Origin: a virus
Reading direction: 5' to 3' (one strand)
Virus record (IMG/VR): IMGVR_UViG_3300022752_000025
Coordinates: 68,274 to 132,273 of that record
Length of the DNA: 64,000 nt
Position numbers and translations under genes: made by a program. Positions 1 through 8,654 of this stretch are shown here, piece by piece (the first letter of the stretch is position 1; every line of letters begins with the position of its first letter). The notes under the pieces are model-generated. The model made no database searches. It was not told the DNA's origin and saw nothing but the letters and a program-made list of their open reading frames with translations.

Positions 1-363
1 GATGCAACGAATACCATCAAGTTTAGGTTGGCTATAAACTGGATAAGCGATTTCGTGATCTTCATACTTTTGTGCAAGCATTGGCTCAAAATATTGTTTT
101 TTATTAATATCTTTGATATCTTCAAAATAACCAGATTCAAGTTTTTGCTTACGCTTTGCTTCTGCCTCTTTTAAGGCTTGTTCGCTTGCGGAAGTAGCAT
201 TTGCACGACCAGTATTTTTAGCCTTGCAATCTGTCCATTCATTAATAATTTTTTCACCATCTGTTTGACCAGAAATTGTGCGGTATTGATTTCCTTTGAC
301 TTCAATAGTCCATTCTTGGACTTTGCCAGTCTTTGTCTTTTTATAAATTGTAGGTAGCTTCAC
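1..363 (-). CDS. ATP-dependent DNA ligase, N-terminal part (runs off window start)
   Basis: Manual translation from GTG at 363: VKLPTIYKKTKTGKVQEW...FEPMLAQKY...YSQPKLDGIRCI, containing ligase motif I KxDGxR; absent from the ORF track because it is truncated. Confidence 0.9.
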   Translation of the reverse strand, partial: MKLPTIYKKTKTGKVQEWTIEVKGNQYRTISGQTDGEKIINEWTDCKAKNTGRANATSASEQALKEAEAKRKQKLESGYFEDIKDINKKQYFEPMLAQKYEDHEIAYPVYSQPKLDGIRCI

Positions 364-394
364 AATTCCAGTCTATACTGGATTAACCAACTTG

Positions 395-586
395 TCAAAT
401 TTTGTTTTTTTTTGATTTAGAAGGAGTTGCAACTTTAAGCAAACTCCAAGTTCCGTCTTTATTATCGTGCCAATCTATCGTATCACCAGTTTTCCAGCCC
501 ATTTTCTTCATCAAAGAATTAGGCAATTCAATATACAAATAACCATCTTTCTCTTTAACTTCAAGAGTATGAGAGTTTTTCTTCAT
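395..586 (-). CDS. AbrB/MazE/SpoVT-like small DNA-binding protein
   Basis: YIELPNSLMKKMGWKTGDTIDW matches the swapped-hairpin AbrB pattern. Confidence 0.65.
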   Translation of the reverse strand: MKKNSHTLEVKEKDGYLYIELPNSLMKKMGWKTGDTIDWHDNKDGTWSLLKVATPSKSKKNKI

Positions 587-1166
587 TGAATAAGTTTATC
601 TTTCTGGCTCTTTCTTGAGGAGTATCATTTAATACTGATATTTCTTCTAAACCTAATTCTCTTATCTTATCGTTATATGCTTGACCCGCATCATCTTCAT
701 TATCAAATGCTCCTAACCAAAATGTTTTACCATTTACCCTTAAAACTGAAATCCATTTATTTTTCTTTTTATTAAAATGAACACCTTTATATATTGATGT
801 CGTAGGTTTGCCACCATAAAAACTTCTTTTAGATGAGTTTAAAGCGTTGCCAGATTTATTTAAGTCTCTTAAATTTTCAATTTTATTATTTTGAGGATTA
901 TTGTCTTTATGATCTACTAACTTTGGAAGATAACCATAATGCCAATAGAAAAATAATCTATGTAATGCTAATTTATAGGCACGACCATTTTTTGTAAAAC
1001 ATATTCCTAAATGTCTTTTCTCTATTGGTCTGTTTCCTTCTATTAAGAATATAGAAGCGACCTTACCAGAAGCAACTCGAATTATCTGTTGTTTATCTAA
1101 ATCTATTGTAAGATATTTTCTAAGTTTTTCTGGCGTTGGAAATAATCTTTTTATTAAACATTTCAT
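561..1166 (-). CDS. HNH homing endonuclease with C-terminal AP2 domain
   Basis: LHRL...VDHKDNNPQNNKIENLR (HNH) followed by SIYKGVHF...KW...LGAFDNEDDAGQAYN (AP2). Confidence 0.9.
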   Translation of the reverse strand: MKCLIKRLFPTPEKLRKYLTIDLDKQQIIRVASGKVASIFLIEGNRPIEKRHLGICFTKNGRAYKLALHRLFFYWHYGYLPKLVDHKDNNPQNNKIENLRDLNKSGNALNSSKRSFYGGKPTTSIYKGVHFNKKKNKWISVLRVNGKTFWLGAFDNEDDAGQAYNDKIRELGLEEISVLNDTPQERARKINLFNEEKLSYS

Positions 1167-1168
1167 TT

Positions 1169-1816
1169 TTATCTAGGAGTTAAAACTTTAACAACAAATC
1201 TAATGCCCTTCCAATTCATCCACTCTAATCCTCTGATAAGTTTTGTAATAGACCTTTGAATCTTCCAGCTAATTCTTTCAACAGAACGAATATAATAATT
1301 AAAATAAATCCTATAAACTGGACAACGCATTTTCTTTTCGTGAAGATTGATCTCTGCTTCTAATTTTAATTGATGCTCAATTCTATCTTTACTAGGATAC
1401 TTTTGATATTCTGGAAGAATTGTAATTTCTTTTACCTCACCTTTAACTATAACAGCTTTCCAGTCTGGATAAAAGTCTAGCCCATCAATATTATCTCCAT
1501 ATACAACACAACCAAAGGTAAAAGTGCCAGTAAAATCACCTCTAAATATTTGCTCCTCAAAATCTTTAACCCATTTATTTTTATCAAAAAATTCCCTAAA
1601 CCTGCCATTACCTTCTACATAATTCGGATTATCTTCCCAATGACCGACCTCTTTTAATTCAAATAATTTGTTATCTCTTAAAATAAAAGTAGACAGAGCA
1701 TTTTCTTCTAATTCTTTTGTTTGAAATTCCTCATCACGCCAATTACGATTTAGCGTTCTTAATGTAGCGTCAAGAGGTAATTCTTGCTCTACTCTTACAT
1801 AATTAAATAATCCCAT
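1169..1816 (-). CDS. hypothetical phage protein
   Basis: 215-aa ORF packed in operon; MGLFNYV...FQTKEL start typical of phage hypotheticals. Confidence 0.7.
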   Translation of the reverse strand: MGLFNYVRVEQELPLDATLRTLNRNWRDEEFQTKELEENALSTFILRDNKLFELKEVGHWEDNPNYVEGNGRFREFFDKNKWVKDFEEQIFRGDFTGTFTFGCVVYGDNIDGLDFYPDWKAVIVKGEVKEITILPEYQKYPSKDRIEHQLKLEAEINLHEKKMRCPVYRIYFNYYIRSVERISWKIQRSITKLIRGLEWMNWKGIRFVVKVLTPR

Positions 1817-1831
1817 ATTGTTTATTATAGA

Positions 1832-2494
1832 CTATAATTTTATTAAGTCAATGTTATTTTTATTATCTATAATAACAAAAGAAGCTCTTTCTTCACAAAA
1901 ACTACCACTATTTATATACTTATCATTTATTTCTGCTATGTGAGAATGACCACAAATTACTTTATCATAACCATTAAAATCAATATATTTAAGGGCATTT
2001 TTCTTCATATCTCCGCTTTTTTCAATAAAATTATTTGTCTTATGCTTTAATAATTTAAAAAAATCATCTGCAAATTGGGTATGTTGTCTAACAAAATAAT
2101 ATAATTTAACTATTATATTGGTAATCCATTTAAATCTGGTGAAATAAATATCAAATATATCTCCGTGAACAATTAATATTTTTTCATTTTTTAATTCAAT
2201 TATATGTTCATTTTTACAATCAAATCCTAGAAGTATGCTCATAAATTCAGCTTTAAGAAAACAATGATTCCCGATCAAATAAATAATCTTACATTTTTTA
2301 GAAAGTTTGCGTAATTTTGAAAGAACCTTCCAATGACTTTTGCACAATCTGTTTAGATTATGATGGTCAAAAAGATCACCAGCAATAATAATTGTTTTTG
2401 CTTTGTGTTTTTTTAAAACTTTCAACAAAATATCTACCTTACAATTTTTATCTCCAAGATGAATGTCTGAAATTATCAGATATTTGTTAGTCAT
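1832..2494 (-). CDS. calcineurin-like metallophosphoesterase (LpxH/UDP-2,3-diacylglucosamine hydrolase-like)
   Basis: Motifs SDIHLG, GDLFD, GNH, HGD, GHSH, NSGSF. Confidence 0.85.
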   Translation of the reverse strand: MTNKYLIISDIHLGDKNCKVDILLKVLKKHKAKTIIIAGDLFDHHNLNRLCKSHWKVLSKLRKLSKKCKIIYLIGNHCFLKAEFMSILLGFDCKNEHIIELKNEKILIVHGDIFDIYFTRFKWITNIIVKLYYFVRQHTQFADDFFKLLKHKTNNFIEKSGDMKKNALKYIDFNGYDKVICGHSHIAEINDKYINSGSFCEERASFVIIDNKNNIDLIKL

Positions 2495-2640
2495 TTGGCA
2501 ATTTTTTTATGTATTTCAGCGAGAGTTATAAGAATAAAAGATAATAATATTGCTATTGATAATAGATATTCTTCACTAATTATTGAATATATTAGAGATA
2601 GTGTCCCAGCGAATGTAATTATATTTTGAATTATAGTCAT
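2491..2640 (-). CDS. small membrane protein (49 aa)
   Basis: Manual translation MTIIQNIITFAGTLSLIYSIISEEYLLSIAILLSFILITLAEIHKKIAK; ATGA overlaps with both neighbours. Confidence 0.6.
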   Translation of the reverse strand: MTIIQNIITFAGTLSLIYSIISEEYLLSIAILLSFILITLAEIHKKIAK

Positions 2641-3119
2641 AGTTTATCCATTTTGCTTAGAGGCACAATCCAATTATCGGGATTAAATCTACCATATCTT
2701 TTAGCGGTTTTATTTTCATCAAAATTCTTTCTTGAGATTTTACCTAATAATTCTACTGATGACAACTTCTTTTTGTCTACTCTTGCAAGAATATATGTTT
2801 CTGGATTTTTTGTTTGAAATTCTTTTTGCTTAATCTTTAACTCTGGCTCTCCTTCCCCAAAATATGTAATGGTTTTAACTTCTACTTTATTAAAGTCTTG
2901 CCCTTTATCTCTGATAGCATAAATCTCCTCATCAATCTTTTCGCCAGTAAATTTAGCATAAGCCATTTCGCCAATTAATCCTATCGTATGAGGGTCATAT
3001 ACAGAACCTTCTTTCATAAGAATACCACGATTTCTTATAAAAGTATTTTTAGCGTTATGTCTTTTTTTGGCTAATTTTTTAGCAAAAAAAACTTCTTCTT
3101 TGGTTAAATTAATAATCAT
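2637..3119 (-). CDS. hypothetical protein, possible PD-(D/E)xK nuclease fold
   Basis: GLIGEMAY...DKGQDF..VEVKT resembles the E...D...ExK nuclease pattern. Confidence 0.5.
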   Translation of the reverse strand: MIINLTKEEVFFAKKLAKKRHNAKNTFIRNRGILMKEGSVYDPHTIGLIGEMAYAKFTGEKIDEEIYAIRDKGQDFNKVEVKTITYFGEGEPELKIKQKEFQTKNPETYILARVDKKKLSSVELLGKISRKNFDENKTAKRYGRFNPDNWIVPLSKMDKL

Positions 3120-4015
3120 ATATTGGCAAAAGATTGTTCTTTCATTTTTAATTCAAAATCAATATCTACATTATGTCCGTATGTATCGGGCAAACAAGTA
3201 GCGTAGTCTGCGTGTTTGCGAGGATTTTTATGTCCAACAATACTTTCTGAATAATGGAATAATGGAATATGATTACCCCAAGTGATTCTTGCAAGATGAA
3301 ACGCTTGTTCTTCTGATAAATTATCTGGATGACATTTGTGATGAAGATAATCAAAAGTAATTGGAATATTGGAAACAGAATGAAAATATTTCATAAGTCT
3401 TTTAATAGACCAACAAGTATTTTTATCGTCATTCTCAATAACTAATCTAGACTTAACATCATTTGATAGTCTTTCAAAATTACTCATAAACTTCTTTACT
3501 ACATCATTAAGATTGCCTTTTGCATTATGTATGTGCATATTCATAGGTGCATCATAGTTTAGTGGGCAACCAATTTGCGTCATAAACCAACCATAGTGAT
3601 TTAATTCTTTGATTGTTTTATCTACTGCGTTGTCGTTATCACTAGCAAGGACATTAAACTCGCTAGGATGACAGGAAATGCGAACATTGGTAGATTGAAC
3701 TAGATTCTTGATATTATTAAATTGATCTACAATCCTATTATAGTCTGGCAAGTCTTGTAATGATACATTAGCTTTATCATAAGTAATAAGAGGAAATAAA
3801 TCAGAAGAAAGTCTATATGTATGATTATTGTCAGCACAATATTTGATATATTGGTATGTGGTAGTCATATTATTGAGTATTCTAGAAGAAAGAGCAGAAA
3901 GAGCCTCTTGCCTTGGTAGACTAGAAAATCTAGCGTAAGTCATAGTATTAAACTTGATTGGTTCATCTCTTTCTGCAAGAGATAAAACGATACAGCAAAC
4001 ACCTTTTCTACTCAT
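3116..4015 (-). CDS. uvsE: UV damage endonuclease UvsE/UVDE
   Basis: YRLSSDLFP, RISCHPSEFNVLAS, RLVIENDD, PITFDYLHH, PLFHYSES, KHADY, ELKMKE. Confidence 0.92.
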   Translation of the reverse strand: MSRKGVCCIVLSLAERDEPIKFNTMTYARFSSLPRQEALSALSSRILNNMTTTYQYIKYCADNNHTYRLSSDLFPLITYDKANVSLQDLPDYNRIVDQFNNIKNLVQSTNVRISCHPSEFNVLASDNDNAVDKTIKELNHYGWFMTQIGCPLNYDAPMNMHIHNAKGNLNDVVKKFMSNFERLSNDVKSRLVIENDDKNTCWSIKRLMKYFHSVSNIPITFDYLHHKCHPDNLSEEQAFHLARITWGNHIPLFHYSESIVGHKNPRKHADYATCLPDTYGHNVDIDFELKMKEQSFANI

Positions 4016-4061
4016 ACTACCATATTAATCTAAAACACAAGAATAGTCAAGCACAGATAAA

Positions 4062-4247
4062 TTATCTATAAATATATGTAGATGAACCATTTTGTTTTTT
4101 TAATTCTTTTTTAATCAACAATTTTTCTTTTTCCTCTAACCAGTTTATACTATCATAGTTTTGTTTAAACCTATTAGAAAAACAGCTCCTTGGCGAATCC
4201 CCTTTGCCAGCTCCTTTATTTGGCTTATTTTCGTTCATATTTGGCAT
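4062..4247 (-). CDS. small hypothetical phage protein
   Basis: GAGKGDSPR...FKQNYDSINW, a motif seen in small phage ORFs. Confidence 0.6.
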   Translation of the reverse strand: MPNMNENKPNKGAGKGDSPRSCFSNRFKQNYDSINWLEEKEKLLIKKELKKQNGSSTYIYR

Positions 4248-4327
4248 TTTTTTGTTAGCAAATAAGCATATTTGGCTATATCCTGTTAGTAAATAGGATA
4301 TATTTGGGATTTTTTTGTTAACAAATA

Positions 4328-4627
4328 TTACTTTTTAAAATCACCAAGATCGCGATCAAAAGAAAATTTTCCAGGTTTTTCTACAAGACCCTGATAAGTT
4401 TCTTCTGTGCATCCAGCCATTTCAGTAAATGGTGCTATTACTGCGAAAATTCCAAAAGCACCAATAGTCGCAGCAGATGAAATTGGACGAACAACCGCGA
4501 CATCTCCAGCAGCTAAAAATCCGTTTGATACATCGAAATCTTCGTCTATATTTGGTTGATTAACATCAGCAAATGATAATGACGCAATAATAATTGAGAC
4601 AGAAATAATAGTTTTAATTTTATTCAT
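4328..4627 (-). CDS. small exported/membrane protein
   Basis: Signal peptide, then GDVAVVRP...PFT...KPGKFSFDRDLGDF, resembling a conserved bacterial small membrane family. Confidence 0.65.
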   Translation of the reverse strand: MNKIKTIISVSIIIASLSFADVNQPNIDEDFDVSNGFLAAGDVAVVRPISSAATIGAFGIFAVIAPFTEMAGCTEETYQGLVEKPGKFSFDRDLGDFKK

Positions 4628-4682
4628 AATAATATTATATCTAAATATAATAAAAAGTCAAGTATTATTTGGCATTTTTTGG

Positions 4683-4904
4683 TTAGTAAATATCATTTTT
4701 TTTAGGTATAAAATTGACCAATGCCTCATCTCCATATACCTTAAAAGAATAAAGTTTATAATTTTTTCTTTCTAACATAGATCTTAATTCATTAACATAT
4801 TCACTTTTAAGATAAACAACTACGCTTTTTTCATTCTCCATATCTATACCATATTCATCTGAAAATTCAGAACAAATTGCAAGGGCTTCGGTTTGATTGC
4901 TCAT
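4683..4904 (-). CDS. hypothetical protein
   Basis: 73-aa ORF with GTGTAA motif upstream (4920-4925). Confidence 0.6.
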   Translation of the reverse strand: MSNQTEALAICSEFSDEYGIDMENEKSVVVYLKSEYVNELRSMLERKNYKLYSFKVYGDEALVNFIPKKNDIY

Positions 4905-5005
4905 ATATGTTATTTATTATTACACTTTATATATTTGGTGTTTTTTCGTTAGTAAATTTGGTTATATATATGATATGTAGTTAAATATTCTGTGTAATTT
5001 TATTA

Positions 5006-5200
5006 GTGAATCCTAAGTATAAAATTAATGATAAAGTAAAGTTTTTTTGTAAGTATAAAAATGAAAAAGTAATAGGCGAAATAATAAATATTAGACAAGC
5101 AAAATATAATTGGGATTATAGTATTAGATATCATATTTATATTGACTTACTTTATGTTCAATGGGTAAATCAACAAGATATCATTGAAAAAGTAAAATAA
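5006..5200 (+). CDS. small SH3/KOW-like hypothetical protein
   Basis: KYKINDKVKF...GEII; GTGTAA at 4992-4997 upstream. Confidence 0.55.
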   Translation: MNPKYKINDKVKFFCKYKNEKVIGEIINIRQAKYNWDYSIRYHIYIDLLYVQWVNQQDIIEKVK

Positions 5201-5221
5201 AATTTAAAATTATTAACTATA

Positions 5222-5309
5222 TGGAACGAGTAGGATTCGAACCTACGGATGATATTAAACCATCGGAAGTTTAGTAAACTTCTGCTTTAGACCACTCAGC
5301 CATCGTTCC
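5222..5309 (-). tRNA. tRNA-Ser with unusual ACT anticodon (long variable arm)
   Basis: GGAACGA/TCGTTCC acceptor stem, GCTGAGTGGTCTAAAGC D-arm, GAAGT-TTACTAA-ACTTC anticodon arm, long variable arm, GTAGG-TTCGAAT-CCTAC T-arm. Confidence 0.85.
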
Positions 5310-5318
5310 AAAATAACT

Positions 5319-5393
5319 TCGGGGTAGCAGGATTTGAACCTGCGACCTTCTGCTCCCAAAGCAGACGCACTAGCCAAGCTGTGCTACACCCCG
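5319..5393 (-). tRNA. tRNA-Pro(TGG)
   Basis: CGGGGTG acceptor, TCTGC-TTTGGGA-GCAGA anticodon arm, GCAGG-TTCAAAT-CCTGC T-arm. Confidence 0.95.
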
Positions 5394-5397
5394 AATT

Positions 5398-5469
5398 CTC
5401 CCAAACTAGGACTTGAACCTAGAACGGCCTCGTTAACAGCGAGGTGCTCTACCTTTGAGCTATTTGGGA
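5398..5469 (-). tRNA. tRNA-Asn(GTT)
   Basis: TCCCAAA/TTTGGGA acceptor, CCTCG-CTGTTAA-CGAGG anticodon arm, CTAGG-TTCAAGT-CCTAG T-arm. Confidence 0.95.
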
Positions 5470-5508
5470 ATATACTTTATTATATTTGATATTTATTAAT
5501 TAGTAAAT

Positions 5509-6090
5509 TTAATATTTACTATCTGGAGGATTTTTAATAACTACTGGTGGAATTGAATTAATTTTAATTTTTTCTGAAATTTTTTCCATGAAAAGAACTC
5601 CGTATTTTTTTATTCTTAACTGTCCGTGCGCTTTTAAAGTAAATCCCCATTCTTGTATACGGTCAATGAATTTATTTCTTATTTCTAAAGAATGATATTC
5701 AATTGCCATCTCATTTATACTTATAAAATCTTTGGGTTCAAAATTTTCTGCTATTAACAATTCAAATCCTTCTATATCACTTTTAAGTGCGGTGATATTA
5801 TTTATATTTATCAAATCTTTAATTTGCTCTGAATTAGATATATCAACATATTGAATAGATAAATTATTTTTATTTTTATATTTTTCTTTAAAAAAATTAA
5901 TCTCTCTTATATCTTTATCTATGCCTATTACTTTATTCGCACCATTTCTTAAAAAATATATAAAAGAAAATTCTTTCTCATTTTTGACTCCCCATCTTCC
6001 ACACCCTAAATCAAGCACGTTCTGGTCTTTGATATTGAAATATTTCCAATGTTCTGATGCGTTTTCTGTTTTTATATTAAAATTAATCAT
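5509..6090 (-). CDS. class I SAM-dependent methyltransferase (FkbM-like)
   Basis: VLDLGCG, VIGID, KSDIEGFE, IEYH. Confidence 0.8.
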   Translation of the reverse strand: MINFNIKTENASEHWKYFNIKDQNVLDLGCGRWGVKNEKEFSFIYFLRNGANKVIGIDKDIREINFFKEKYKNKNNLSIQYVDISNSEQIKDLININNITALKSDIEGFELLIAENFEPKDFISINEMAIEYHSLEIRNKFIDRIQEWGFTLKAHGQLRIKKYGVLFMEKISEKIKINSIPPVVIKNPPDSKY

Positions 6091-6096
6091 TTTTAT

Positions 6097-6501
6097 TTAG
6101 TAATTTTTAGATTTCCATTCAAAATTAAAAAAATCAAACGGCTTTCTATGCTCATCTTTAGGATCATAATCTACATTCGTGCAATTTAAAACCATAGCTT
6201 CCTCATTTCCTATCGCGGAAAATCCATGCCATATTTTAGGTGGTATGGTTAAAACTGATGAAAATGGAATTAGTACATGTTTTTCACTTTTATTATTAAT
6301 ATCGTCAAATAATCCAACCAAAAGTCTTCCTTGAAGTAATATAAATCTATCGGTTTGTTTCTCGTGCATATGCCATGCTTTTATAACCCCAGGAAGACAT
6401 GTAGTTACATATATATGTTTAATTTTTCCATCTTCTTTTTCTTTAACCAATTCGGCTAACCAGCCACGGTCATCTATAATTTTATTTATTCTTTTATTCA
6501 T
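6097..6501 (-). CDS. dTDP-4-dehydrorhamnose 3,5-epimerase-like cupin (RmlC family)
   Basis: DDRGWLAE, PGVIKAWHMH, IPPKIWHGF, YDPKDE. Confidence 0.85.
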   Translation of the reverse strand: MNKRINKIIDDRGWLAELVKEKEDGKIKHIYVTTCLPGVIKAWHMHEKQTDRFILLQGRLLVGLFDDINNKSEKHVLIPFSSVLTIPPKIWHGFSAIGNEEAMVLNCTNVDYDPKDEHRKPFDFFNFEWKSKNY

Positions 6502-6506
6502 TTTTA

Positions 6507-7370
6507 TTAATATTTTTTTGGTGGTGGGTTGGGGTAGTTTACAATTATACTAGAATTATAAGAGCAATTCTTATTTATTCCATTTAATTTTGTGGACCTT
6601 GGAATTCTTACCCTCTTTGGCCAAATCCAAGGTTGTCCATCTTTATATTCTTTTATAATTAAATCCGCTGTTAAATAATCTAAATCTGGTCCGTAATCAT
6701 AATATGCTCTGTATTTTGATTTATAGATTTCTCCTATTTTGGCGTTCTTGTACAAAGAGAGAATCCATCTCTCGGTTATATAATATAATGGGTATCCACG
6801 ATGATAACTTTTGCTTAAATCTTTTTCATGTTCTATGATATCTGGAAGATTTTTTAAATAAGAAGTTTTTGCCCACCAAAAATTTCCAGAGAAAAATAAT
6901 CTATGAACATATACATCTATGACGTATTTATTATGGTAACTCATGGTTAAATTTGATCCGATTACATCATATCCATCTTCTAATCCTTTTATAGAATATT
7001 CATATTTATTTATTAATATAAATTCTAACATTTTTCTCCAGGCCCATACGCCTTTCATTTTGTGTGGTCTAGAAACTCCTTTCGCGTGAATATATAATAC
7101 ATACGAGTCGTTTGCTTGTGACCATTTTTTTAATTCCCTTAAGCAGGCTCTTTCGTAATCTTTAAGATAATTTGAATAATAAATTAGATGTATTTTATTT
7201 GTCTTTTCTAATAAAAAATTAACATCTTCCTTTGACTCCCCTAGATATGTAATATAAATCTTATCAAGATCTTCGAATAATTTACTAGAATGTATCTCTT
7301 TAAATTGATCCTCTACAATTTCTTTCCAATGATTTAAACCGCATATATGCCAAAATATTACTTTTTTCAT
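6507..7370 (-). CDS. putative glycosyltransferase-like protein
   Basis: VLYIHAKG, FSGNFWWAK, ERW motifs of a sugar-modifying family common in large phage/virus genomes. Confidence 0.6.
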   Translation of the reverse strand: MKKVIFWHICGLNHWKEIVEDQFKEIHSSKLFEDLDKIYITYLGESKEDVNFLLEKTNKIHLIYYSNYLKDYERACLRELKKWSQANDSYVLYIHAKGVSRPHKMKGVWAWRKMLEFILINKYEYSIKGLEDGYDVIGSNLTMSYHNKYVIDVYVHRLFFSGNFWWAKTSYLKNLPDIIEHEKDLSKSYHRGYPLYYITERWILSLYKNAKIGEIYKSKYRAYYDYGPDLDYLTADLIIKEYKDGQPWIWPKRVRIPRSTKLNGINKNCSYNSSIIVNYPNPPPKKY

Positions 7371-7381
7371 TTAATTAGTTT

Positions 7382-7996
7382 TTATTTTAACCAAACAGAT
7401 GTAGGATTATACGCTTCTGTGTCAAGATAGTCCCAAACCTTCCAGTCTTTGTCGCCCTTAGAATATCCAATAATATTAGACAGAAATGCATGAAGGTCTT
7501 CAATATGCCAAACATCATCTAATAATTTTTTGCCAAGATATCTTGATTGATGAGCTACATGATCTGCGTAACTATACGCAAAAGCAGAAAATGGAGGAAG
7601 AACACATCCCATAGAGCAAAGAACTCCCTGCATACGAGAAGCAACTTCTTTTCCTCCAACAGAATGCATGGTTACGATGACTCCAGCTGGTTTGCCTAAA
7701 AGATGTTTTTTGCCCTCTATTTCTGTCATTTTCTCAAAAAGTTGTTGCATATTCGATCCCCAACTATCCCAATATGTTCCTGTGCAAAAAATTAAAGCAT
7801 CACTTTCTTTAATAATATGTCTAACTTTTGGCCAATAGAAATCTTTATGAAGGTGTAAGATTTTAATTGCTATATTTGGATCGATTTTATTAATTTTTTT
7901 TCTTATTTTTTTAATAAGAGATCCAGTATTTCCATTTTTTCCACCTATAGAGCCATTAATTATGGTAAGAGTTATTTTCTTTTCTAGCGAGTTCAT
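7382..7996 (-). CDS. NAD(P)H-dependent FMN reductase / WrbA-like flavodoxin
   Basis: IINGS..GNTG, SDALIFCTGTYW, LLGKPAGVIVT..SVGG. Confidence 0.8.
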   Translation of the reverse strand: MNSLEKKITLTIINGSIGGKNGNTGSLIKKIRKKINKIDPNIAIKILHLHKDFYWPKVRHIIKESDALIFCTGTYWDSWGSNMQQLFEKMTEIEGKKHLLGKPAGVIVTMHSVGGKEVASRMQGVLCSMGCVLPPFSAFAYSYADHVAHQSRYLGKKLLDDVWHIEDLHAFLSNIIGYSKGDKDWKVWDYLDTEAYNPTSVWLK

Positions 7997-8249
7997 TAAT
8001 ATAATCCTTTATAATATTATATAATCTTGTTTCTTCTGGGTTAGCTTCTCTTTCAATATCCTCAAAATTATAAAATATATATTCTTTTAATTGATGATGT
8101 TTGAATCTATGTATGCCTTTTTTATCATCTCCATAAACAAATATATATCTAAATGGTAACGATTCATTTTTTAATTTATATAAACTTCCATATTTTGGAA
8201 ATAGTTGTTTACTTTTATCTAAAAAGTTTAATATTTTTTTAAAAATCAT
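7956..8249 (-). CDS. hypothetical protein
   Basis: ORF in packed operon. Confidence 0.55.
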   Translation of the reverse strand: MIFKKILNFLDKSKQLFPKYGSLYKLKNESLPFRYIFVYGDDKKGIHRFKHHQLKEYIFYNFEDIEREANPEETRLYNIIKDYINELARKENNSYHN

Positions 8250-8449
8250 AAAATCCCAAATACTTTAAGTAGGACTATAGAAGATGCACTTGCTCCAACT
8301 AAACTACTAATTGTTCTAATAATTTCTAATTTATGATTATGATGATCTACCCATATTTCAAAAGGATCTCTTAACTTTCCTCTTGCTAAAAGTTTTTTTC
8401 TTTGTTTTTTACTTAATTTTAAGTTAGAAATATCTTTTAAAGTTATCAT
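8246..8449 (-). CDS. small membrane-anchored hypothetical protein
   Basis: C-terminal hydrophobic helix; ATGA overlap with neighbour. Confidence 0.55.
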   Translation of the reverse strand: MITLKDISNLKLSKKQRKKLLARGKLRDPFEIWVDHHNHKLEIIRTISSLVGASASSIVLLKVFGIL

Positions 8450-8654
8450 TTTTTCTTTCTTTTACTTTTTACTGGTTTCCATATTTTATTATTTGTGTCT
8501 AAATTAACGCTCATATGCATGACTTTACTGTATAAAGTATAGCCAAATCCATTTCCCCATTTCATGGTAGTAATACTTATTAAATCTCCAATTTTATATA
8601 GAATATAAGATAATAAAAACTTCATATATTATTATACAAGAAATTTCACAAATT

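Larger units (their letters stand above)
4238..4958. repeat. five copies of a 27-bp dyad motif TATTTGG-N9-GTTA(G/A)YAAAT
   Basis: Copies start at 4238, 4269, 4301, 4666 and 4932; partial copy at 4217; ends TATTTG...YAAATA are inverted. Confidence 0.75.

Noticed and set aside
4238-4327. Mini CRISPR array
   Set aside because: Units are degenerate and separated by only 4-5 nt; no spacer-length unique sequences and no cas operon.
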